Shown piece by piece: positions 1 through 5,408 of a DNA stretch of 5,408 nt. The first letter of the stretch is position 1. Every line of letters starts with the position of its first letter. The notes beneath the pieces are model-generated. The model was not told the DNA's origin. It searched no databases and saw nothing but the letters and a program-made list of their open reading frames with translations. Position numbers and translations under genes: made by a program. The stretch comes from a virus (Duplodnaviria; Heunggongvirae; Uroviricota; Caudoviricetes): positions 1-5,408 of the IMG/VR virus record IMGVR_UViG_3300029878_000190. One strand, given 5' to 3'.

Positions 1-2
1 CT

Positions 3-662
3 GATAGAAACAGAAGCCACTGGAGCACCTCAAAAACACCATCATACACTAAATCAGTAAGTTGGCAGCATCACCCGGAATTTGATGAGAGCGGGAAAAG
101 CGAACCAACGGACTTATTTACCTGGTACGGTAAAGATAAAAAAGGCGACTCTCTCGCTATTGTAATTAAAAATAAAAACGGAAATGATTACTTATCTCTC
201 GGTTACTACGATCAGGACGACTACCACATTCAAAGAGGAATTCGTATTAATGGTGATAGTCTCACCCAATATTGTAGTGAAAACGCCAGGAGTGCTTCAG
301 CGTGGTTTGAAAGCAGTAAAGCTATCATGGCAGAATCATTTGCAACAGGTTCCGATCATCAGGTTATAAACGAGCTCAACGGGGAAAGACTGAGAGAACC
401 TAACGAAGTTTTTAAACGTTTAGGTCGAGCAATAAGATATAATTTTCAAGTGGACGATGCAAAATTTAGACGCGACAATGTAAAAGAAACAATTTCTAAT
501 TTATTCGCTAACAAAGTTGACGTTGACCATCCTGAAAATAAATACAAAGACTTTAAGGATCTCGAAGATAACGTTGAAAAAAGACTTCAAAATCGCCAGG
601 CGAAATATCAAAATGAAATTAATCAACTATCTGCGCCAGGTGTTAATTTTGATGATATTTAA
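3..662 (+). CDS. Uncharacterized protein, 3' portion (5'-partial; gene begins upstream of the window)
   Basis: Seen in sequence: the frame containing ORF 327..662 has no stop codon from position 3 to the stop at 660-662 (about 219 codons), and has no ATG/GTG/TTG before 327, so the gene must start upstream of the window. Composition is AT-rich (about 30-37% GC on sampled 60-nt lines, versus about 55-60% in mlaA). By synteny this position upstream of mlaA corresponds to yfdF in E. coli K-12, but I do not recognise the protein sequence itself, so no symbol is given. Confidence 0.6.
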   Translation, partial: DRNRSHWSTSKTPSYTKSVSWQHHPEFDESGKSEPTDLFTWYGKDKKGDSLAIVIKNKNGNDYLSLGYYDQDDYHIQRGIRINGDSLTQYCSENARSASAWFESSKAIMAESFATGSDHQVINELNGERLREPNEVFKRLGRAIRYNFQVDDAKFRRDNVKETISNLFANKVDVDHPENKYKDFKDLEDNVEKRLQNRQAKYQNEINQLSAPGVNFDDI

Positions 663-802
663 AATTATTTTTCCAGTTTTTTGATTTTTCAACGCCTGAA
701 TATCGGAAATAGTCAGTGACGAACATCAGTATTTTTACATCATTACGTCCGGGTCATTGTCGGTTTATCTCCTTTTACTTGTGGTAATTGAGGGATAACA
801 AC

Positions 803-837
803 AAAAAAGGTGAGTTTTGCGACTCACCTTTTTTATT
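803..837. terminator. Bidirectional rho-independent terminator between the convergent upstream gene and mlaA
   Basis: Seen in sequence: perfect 7-bp stem GGTGAGT (809-815) / ACTCACC (822-828) with a 6-nt loop, flanked by AAAAAA (803-808) and TTTTTT (829-834, continuing TTTTTTATTTGTTT). This gives a U-tract on either strand. It sits 16 nt beyond the mlaA stop and about 140 nt beyond the + strand gene's stop. Confidence 0.85.
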
Positions 838-843
838 TGTTTC

Positions 844-1599
844 TTATTCAGAATCAATATCTTTTAAATCATCCTGAATCGCTTGTGCGTTCGGATTTTC
901 CTGCGGTTTGAGTTCGCCGCCATTAGCGATGAAATCATGACGCTGGAAGTACGCTTCGCGCACCATAATATAAGGATCGGACGACTGACGCAGCAGACCA
1001 TCGGAATCCAGCAGCTGAGCGCGGGTTTCGATCCCTTCAAGCGTCCATTTACCCACAGACATCGGCCAGGTCAGCCAGGAAAGAACCGGGTAAAGACCAT
1101 CCGCCATATCACCACCGTCATCACGCAGCGTGAAGCTACCGTAGAACGGTAACTGAACGTAAGGCCCATAACCCACGCCATAATGACCAAGCGTACTACC
1201 GAAGCGGTGAGGTTCAGTCCGTTGCAGTTTCGGGTTCGCCATCCCTGCAACATCAATAAAGCCGCCCATCCCCAAAATGGTGTTCAGGAAAAAGCGGGTA
1301 AAGTGGACCATCCCCTGATAAGGGTCGCCCTGCAAGAAGTAGTTAACCATCACCGCAGGTTCTTCAAGGTTGCCAGTAAAGTTGCTCAAACCATTACGCG
1401 CCGGTTGCGGAACATAATCACGCCAGGCGACAGCGACCGGTCGAACAATATACGGGTCTAATACGTTGAAGTTGAAGTTGTACATGGTGCGGTTGAACCC
1501 TTCTAACGGGTCAGAACGCCCTTGCTGATCTGTACCGGAACTCGCACACCCCACCAGAAGCGTAGTTCCCAGAGCAAGCGCCGACAGGCGAAGCTTCAT
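844..1599 (-). CDS. mlaA: MlaA/VacJ outer-membrane lipoprotein (phospholipid asymmetry maintenance)
   Basis: 251-aa ORF with ATG start at 1597-1599 and a GGAG Shine-Dalgarno upstream (minus-strand sense ...CAGGGAGACATTT-ATG). N-terminus MKLRLSALALGTTLLVGCASSG is a lipoprotein signal peptide with lipobox LVGC. Length and sequence match my recollection of E. coli MlaA (VacJ); not verified by search. Confidence 0.9.
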   Translation of the reverse strand: MKLRLSALALGTTLLVGCASSGTDQQGRSDPLEGFNRTMYNFNFNVLDPYIVRPVAVAWRDYVPQPARNGLSNFTGNLEEPAVMVNYFLQGDPYQGMVHFTRFFLNTILGMGGFIDVAGMANPKLQRTEPHRFGSTLGHYGVGYGPYVQLPFYGSFTLRDDGGDMADGLYPVLSWLTWPMSVGKWTLEGIETRAQLLDSDGLLRQSSDPYIMVREAYFQRHDFIANGGELKPQENPNAQAIQDDLKDIDSE

Positions 1600-1892
1600 A
1601 AATGTCTCCCTGTTTTTTTATGGCTTATGCAGTTTGCCATCCATGACGGAACGATACCGTATCCGCCTGTTTAGGTGTGGGCGATTGTAACAGCACGTCA
1701 ACTGATGTCCAGACGCCCTGATTTGCTGATTTGATCATAGCCTGGTAATCGCCGCCCTGTAGGCTACTTGATTCTATAGAAACAGAAAAAGGCAAACGCA
1801 GCCTTTTCTACATTTTCAGAGTAACTCCCGTCAGTTGCGAGCAAAAAAGCCGCTACGCTTTAGCTATACGTGCTAATTCAAGAGAAGAGACC

Positions 1893-2825
1893 ATGGACAA
1901 CGACAAAATTGATCAACACAGCGACGAAATTGAAGTTGAGAGCGAAGAAAAAGAGCGCGGCAAAAAAATAGAAATAGATGAAGACCGACTCCCCTCCCGG
2001 GCGATGGCAATTCATGAGCATATCCGCCAGGATGGTGAAAAAGAGCTGGAACGCGACGCAATGGCGCTACTGTGGTCAGCCATTGCGGCGGGTCTGTCGA
2101 TGGGCGCTTCGTTACTGGCAAAAGGGATATTTCATGTCGAACTGGAAGGTGTGCCGGGCAGCTTCTTGCTGGAGAATCTCGGTTATACCTTTGGTTTTAT
2201 TATCGTCATTATGGCCCGCCAGCAATTATTTACCGAAAATACCGTGACTGCGGTACTACCCGTCATGCAAAAACCGACAATGAGCAACGTCGGCTTACTT
2301 ATACGGTTATGGGGCGTCGTGCTGCTGGGTAATATTCTCGGGACAGGTATTGCGGCGTGGGCATTTGAATATATGCCTATCTTCAATGAAGAAACTCGCG
2401 ATGCATTTGTCAAAATCGGCATGGATGTGATGAAGAACACCCCCAGCGAGATGTTTGCCAACGCGATCATTTCCGGCTGGCTGATCGCCACTATGGTTTG
2501 GATGTTTCCTGCAGCGGGTGCGGCAAAGATTGTGGTGATTATATTGATGACCTGGCTTATTGCCCTGGGTGACACCACCCATATCGTGGTCGGTTCTGTT
2601 GAAATCCTCTATCTGGTGTTTAACGGTACGCTGCACTGGAGCGATTTCATCTGGCCCTTCGCACTACCTACTTTAGCGGGGAACATCTGCGGCGGCACCT
2701 TTATCTTCGCGTTAATGAGTCATGCACAGATTCGTAACGACATGAGCAATAAGCGTAAAGCAGAAGCACGCCAAAAAGCAGAACGTGCGGAAAACATTAA
2801 GAAAAATTATAAAAACCCGGCATAA
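1893..2825 (+). CDS. yfdC: Inner-membrane protein of the formate/nitrite transporter (FNT) family, YfdC-like
   Basis: 310-aa ORF, ATG at 1893, TAA at 2823-2825. Acidic, charged N-terminal tail followed by several hydrophobic helices, typical of FNT channels. Position between mlaA and argW matches K-12 yfdC. Overlapping antisense and out-of-frame ORFs in the track are treated as shadows. Confidence 0.85.
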   Translation: MDNDKIDQHSDEIEVESEEKERGKKIEIDEDRLPSRAMAIHEHIRQDGEKELERDAMALLWSAIAAGLSMGASLLAKGIFHVELEGVPGSFLLENLGYTFGFIIVIMARQQLFTENTVTAVLPVMQKPTMSNVGLLIRLWGVVLLGNILGTGIAAWAFEYMPIFNEETRDAFVKIGMDVMKNTPSEMFANAIISGWLIATMVWMFPAAGAAKIVVIILMTWLIALGDTTHIVVGSVEILYLVFNGTLHWSDFIWPFALPTLAGNICGGTFIFALMSHAQIRNDMSNKRKAEARQKAERAENIKKNYKNPA

Positions 2826-2860
2826 ATGGCGAGGGTTTAAGCAATCGAGCGGCAGCGTAC

Positions 2861-2889
2861 TTACCCCGCACTCCATTAGCGGGTATACT
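2861..2889 (+). promoter_or_regulatory. Putative sigma-70 promoter of argW
   Basis: Seen in sequence: -10 TATACT (2884-2889), 17-bp spacer, weak -35 TTACCC (2861-2866). A GC-rich discriminator (CATGCCGC) lies between the -10 and the tRNA start, as is common for stringently controlled stable-RNA promoters. The tRNA starts 11 nt after the -10. No transcription start site data. Confidence 0.45.
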
Positions 2890-2900
2890 CATGCCGCATT

Positions 2901-2975
2901 GTCCTCTTAGTTAAATGGATATAACGAGCCCCTCCTAAGGGCTAATTGCAGGTTCGATTCCTGCAGGGGACACCA
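2901..2975 (+). tRNA. argW: tRNA-Arg (anticodon CCU), with encoded CCA end
   Basis: Seen in sequence: 75-nt cloverleaf. Acceptor stem GTCCTCT / AGGGGAC (one G-U pair), anticodon loop CUCCUAA giving anticodon CCU, T-arm GCAGG-TTCGATT-CCTGC, discriminator A then CCA. Matches the E. coli argW tRNA from memory. Confidence 0.92.
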
Positions 2976-3070
2976 TTTATCAGTTCGCCTCCATCCGTAC
3001 CAGTCCGCAAAATCCCCTGAATATCAAGCCTTCCGTAGATTCACAGTTCGTCATGGTTCGCGTCAGATCG

Positions 3071-3100
3071 TTGACAGCCGCACTCCATGACGGGTAAAAA
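3071..3100 (+). promoter_or_regulatory. Putative integrase promoter
   Basis: Seen in sequence: consensus -35 TTGACA (3071-3076), 18-bp spacer, -10-like TAAAAA (3095-3100), about 37 nt upstream of the integrase ATG at 3137. The spacer sequence closely resembles the argW promoter spacer (see findings). Inference only. Confidence 0.3.
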
Positions 3101-3136
3101 GTGGATAAAATAATTTTACCCACCGGATTTTTACCC

Positions 3137-4294
3137 ATGCTCACCGTTAAGCAGATTGAAGCAGCAAAGCCGAAAGAAAAACCATACCGCCTTCTCGATG
3201 GTAATGGCCTGTACCTTTATGTCCCTGTATCAGGGAAAAAGGTATGGCAGCTTCGCTACAAGATTGACGGTAAGGAGAAAATCCTGACCGTAGGAAAATA
3301 TCCGCTAATGACTTTGCAGGAAGCAAGAGATAAAGCATGGACCGCGAGGAAAGACATCTCGGTTGGCATCGATCCGGTAAAAGCGAAAAAGGCTTCGTCT
3401 AACAACAATTCCTTTAGTGCCATTTACAAGGAATGGTACGAGCACAAGAAGCAAGTCTGGTCAGTAGGCTATGCAACTGAACTTGCCAAAATGTTTGATG
3501 ACGACATTTTACCCATCATCGGCGGTCTTGAGATTCAGGATATTGAGCCGATGCAACTGCTGGAAGTAATCCGCAGATTTGAAGATCGCGGTGCAATGGA
3601 GCGAGCAAATAAAGCCCGCAGAAGATGCGGCGAGGTTTTCCGTTACGCTATTGTCACCGGCAGGGCTAAATATAACCCGGCACCTGACCTTGCAGACGCC
3701 ATGAAAGGATACCGCAAGAAGAACTTCCCGTTTCTTCCTGCAGACCAGATCCCGGCATTCAACAAAGCACTGGCAACATTTTCAGGAAGTATCGTATCGC
3801 TCATTGCGACCAAAGTTTTACGCTACACAGCCCTAAGAACGAAAGAGCTTCGCTCCATGCAATGGAAGAACGTCGATTTTGAAAACAGGATTATCACCAT
3901 CGACGCCAGTGTGATGAAGGGCCGCAAGATTCATGTTGTTCCTATGTCAGACCAGGTGGTTGAACTTCTCACTACGCTAAGCTCAATCACTAAACCAGTA
4001 TCAGAGTTTGTTTTTGCCGGGCGCAACGATAAGAAGAAGCCAATCTGCGAGAACGCGGTATTGCTTGTGATTAAACAAATCGGCTATGAGGGTCTGGAAA
4101 GCGGTCACGGATTCAGGCATGAATTCAGCACGATTATGAACGAGCACGAATGGCCTGCTGACGCTATTGAAGTGCAACTTGCACATGCCAACGGCGGATC
4201 TGTGCGCGGGATTTACAACCATGCTCAGTATCTAGATAAGCGCAGAGAAATGATGCAATGGTGGGCGGACTGGATTGATGGGAAGGTGGAGTGA
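3137..4294 (+). CDS. intS: Prophage tyrosine recombinase/integrase (P4-type, IntS-like)
   Basis: 385 aa from ATG at 3137 to TGA at 4292-4294. The N-terminus MLTVKQIEAAKPKEKPYRLLDGNGLYLYV is the arm-binding domain typical of P4-family integrases. The C-terminus carries tyrosine recombinase catalytic residues (R in LRYTALRTKELR, H-x-x-R in HGFRHEF, catalytic Y in GIYNHAQYL). The ORF track begins at an upstream GTG (3101); I prefer ATG 3137 because it gives the 385-aa length I recall for IntS and the GTG would lie inside the proposed promoter. Confidence 0.85.
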   Translation: MLTVKQIEAAKPKEKPYRLLDGNGLYLYVPVSGKKVWQLRYKIDGKEKILTVGKYPLMTLQEARDKAWTARKDISVGIDPVKAKKASSNNNSFSAIYKEWYEHKKQVWSVGYATELAKMFDDDILPIIGGLEIQDIEPMQLLEVIRRFEDRGAMERANKARRRCGEVFRYAIVTGRAKYNPAPDLADAMKGYRKKNFPFLPADQIPAFNKALATFSGSIVSLIATKVLRYTALRTKELRSMQWKNVDFENRIITIDASVMKGRKIHVVPMSDQVVELLTTLSSITKPVSEFVFAGRNDKKKPICENAVLLVIKQIGYEGLESGHGFRHEFSTIMNEHEWPADAIEVQLAHANGGSVRGIYNHAQYLDKRREMMQWWADWIDGKVE

Positions 4295-4314
4295 TCCACC
4301 TTAACTATCGAATG

Positions 4315-4361
4315 ACACAAAGCTTTGCGATCAAGGGCAAAGCTTTGTGTGTTTTAGTTTT
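4315..4361 (+). terminator. Possible intrinsic terminator downstream of the integrase gene
   Basis: Seen in sequence: ACACAAAGCTTT (4315-4326) and AAAGCTTTGTGT (4339-4350) are reverse complements and could form a 12-bp stem with a 12-nt loop, followed by GTTTTAGTTTT (4351-4361). The stem is AU-rich, so stability is uncertain. Confidence 0.35.
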
Positions 4362-4387
4362 GTCCTGTGTGCCAGATATTGAATGGC

Positions 4388-4981
4388 CTACGCCTCCGGC
4401 TGTTCAGGCCAGATGATATCCGGCGCGGTGCTGGTATCTGTTGCCGTCACCGCGTCAATGTAATCCAGCACGGCGTTAAGTCGGGTTGTTTCTGCCTGCG
4501 TCAGCTTCCGCCCGGCCTGCAATTTCAGTTGAATCAGACTGATGGAAGCCATTGCAGCATCAATCAGCGACTGGCGCTGTGCTTCTGCCGCGTCTACTGC
4601 GGCACCGTGTTGTGCCTCAGAATCTGTCACCCATTTCTCACCATCCCATTTATCATATGGCGTTGAGGGTGCAGTGCTTGTAAACCCATTCTTTATGGGG
4701 CCAATATAATCGACCATTGATGTATCACCACTTTCAGTTGAGTAAACTGTTTCCCCGCGATAATCTTCCTGCTGCTCCCATCCAATACCAGTAAATACTG
4801 GAATCTTCCCAGCCACTTCATCACCTGGCTCAATATCAGTAGAATGGCCTGGCATGCTCACACCAACATGAATATACTCATCAGACCATCCCGTATATTC
4901 AAACGTCACCGCGTCGTAGTAATAGCATCGGATTTCACCGGCTTCTTTTGCCAGTCCATTTTCATCGAAAACAGGTTTCAT
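4388..4981 (-). CDS. Phage tail-fibre assembly protein (Tfa family chaperone)
   Basis: 197 aa, ATG at 4979-4981, TAG at 4388-4390. The C-terminal signature ...LDYIDAVTATDTSTAPDIIWPEQPEA and internal blocks (GETVYSTESGD, YDKWDGEKWVTDSEAQ) match the conserved pattern of lambdoid/Mu-type tail-fibre assembly proteins such as TfaE. Start overlaps the stop of the upstream tail-fibre gene (TAATG). AAGGG Shine-Dalgarno upstream. Confidence 0.85.
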   Translation of the reverse strand: MKPVFDENGLAKEAGEIRCYYYDAVTFEYTGWSDEYIHVGVSMPGHSTDIEPGDEVAGKIPVFTGIGWEQQEDYRGETVYSTESGDTSMVDYIGPIKNGFTSTAPSTPYDKWDGEKWVTDSEAQHGAAVDAAEAQRQSLIDAAMASISLIQLKLQAGRKLTQAETTRLNAVLDYIDAVTATDTSTAPDIIWPEQPEA

Positions 4982-5408
4982 TATTTAGCCCTTACTAAAA
5001 AGTTGAATGCAATGTTACGTGGGCGTGTTTCGGTGTCGCCTGTATCTTCAATCGCCCGAAGTTGCCCGCCGCCTGGTTGGTTAATGTTGTAAGTGAGCGT
5101 TCCATTTAAACTACTATCAATACCAATAACATTGCCGGTCCCTGCACTACCTGCGCTCATGAGCAATCGGTGCGAGTGGCTTTGATAGGTATGACCCTGA
5201 GCGCTTAACAGGCCACGGCCTGCATCAACTCCGCGCCCATCATCCCAGATACGAATAAATTCACCCCGTGATTCAGTAAGAACCAGGCCAGGGAAAACAA
5301 GCGCCAGTTTCGGGTAAGTTGTCGCTGAGAATGTCGCCCCGTTGAACTTCAGAAACACCATATCAGCCCATTCAGTCATTACCGTATTGGGCATCGCCGA
5401 GGACGGCC
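4981..5408 (-). CDS. Phage tail-fibre protein, C-terminal region with tail-collar-like motif (5'-partial; gene continues beyond the window)
   Basis: Minus-strand frame is open from the window edge (5408) to TAA at 4981-4983. The track's Met at 5392-5394 is internal, since the upstream in-frame codons read P-S-S-A with no stop. The motif RGEFIRIWDDGRGVDAGRGLLSAQGHTYQSHSH resembles the phage tail-collar domain signature as I recall it. Placement immediately upstream of a tfa gene is the usual fibre/chaperone pairing. Confidence 0.75.
   Translation of the reverse strand, partial: PSSAMPNTVMTEWADMVFLKFNGATFSATTYPKLALVFPGLVLTESRGEFIRIWDDGRGVDAGRGLLSAQGHTYQSHSHRLLMSAGSAGTGNVIGIDSSLNGTLTYNINQPGGGQLRAIEDTGDTETRPRNIAFNFLVRAK

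Larger units (their letters stand above)
2976..5408. mobile_element. Left end of a prophage integrated at argW (CPS-53/KpLE1-like); continues beyond the window
   Basis: A tRNA gene is followed directly by a tyrosine integrase and then by phage tail-fibre genes. The exact attL core probably overlaps the 3' end of the tRNA but cannot be delimited without attR, which is outside the window. The left boundary given is therefore approximate. Confidence 0.6.

Noticed and set aside
184-369. 61-aa ORF 184..369 (+)
   Set aside because: It lies out of frame inside the longer stop-free reading frame that runs from the window edge to 662, and is most likely a frame artefact.
883-1461. Track ORFs overlapping mlaA: 883..1152 (+), 1071..1256 (-), 1183..1461 (+)
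   Set aside because: Shadow ORFs within or opposite the clearly identified mlaA lipoprotein gene.
4-1787. Exact 12-mer ATAGAAACAGAA at 4-15 and 1776-1787
   Set aside because: About one exact 12-mer direct repeat is expected by chance in a 5.4-kb window, and there is no supporting context such as flanking inverted repeats or target-site duplications.
1873-2636. Track ORFs overlapping yfdC: 1873..2121 (-), 1978..2247 (+), 2072..2332 (+), 2183..2578 (-), 2307..2636 (-)
   Set aside because: All are antisense or out-of-frame overlaps of a well-supported 310-aa membrane-protein gene. Their products are low-complexity or Cys/Arg-rich with no recognisable features, as expected for shadow ORFs.
2862-2884. 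Hairpin CCCGC-N9-GCGGG upstream of argW, as a possible yfdC terminator
   Set aside because: No U-tract follows the stem, and it coincides with the argW promoter spacer. It is better explained as promoter sequence (see the promoter-duplication finding).
3101-3136. Upstream GTG start (3101) for the integrase, as given in the ORF track
   Set aside because: ATG at 3137 gives the 385-aa length I recall for IntS, starting MLTVKQ. The GTG would lie inside the TTGACA/TAAAAA promoter proposed for int. It is kept as a possible alternative start only.
3147-4222. Antisense ORFs within the integrase gene: 3147..3338 (-), 4001..4222 (-)
   Set aside because: Short, opposite a well-supported integrase CDS, no recognisable motifs.
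4367-5092. Plus-strand ORFs 4367..4666 and 4844..5092 opposite the tfa and tail-fibre genes
   Set aside because: Cys/Arg-rich, low-complexity translations that read like antisense artefacts of the minus-strand genes, which have strong family-level support.
1-5408. CRISPR arrays, IS elements, or a compact novel defence or toxin-antitoxin system
   Set aside because: No spaced direct-repeat arrays and no terminal inverted repeats with a transposase ORF. Every intergenic gap is under 300 bp and is accounted for by promoters, terminators or att-proximal sequence, and every large ORF has a conventional assignment. I see no sequence evidence for a new system in this window.

Overview
This window reads as an Enterobacterial (E. 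coli-like) chromosomal segment running from core genes into the left end of a prophage integrated at a tRNA-Arg gene. All identifications are from reading the sequence and from recall of the families involved; no database search was run. In order: (1) the 3' portion of an AT-rich gene of unknown function, open from the window edge to a stop at 660-662; (2) a bidirectional rho-independent terminator; (3) mlaA/vacJ lipoprotein on the minus strand; (4) yfdC, a formate/nitrite-transporter-family membrane protein; (5) tRNA-Arg(CCU) (argW) with a recognisable promoter; (6) a P4-type tyrosine integrase (intS-like) immediately downstream of the tRNA; (7) 93 bp further on, convergent minus-strand genes for a tail-fibre assembly protein and the C-terminal part of a tail fibre that runs off the window. 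I do not see a novel multi-gene system here: the intergenic gaps are short and every large ORF has an ordinary explanation. The points worth a second look are at the prophage junction: an apparent copy of the argW promoter in front of the integrase gene, an integrase abutting tail genes with no xis, regulatory genes or gtr moron between them, and a pair of palindromes in that 93-bp gap.
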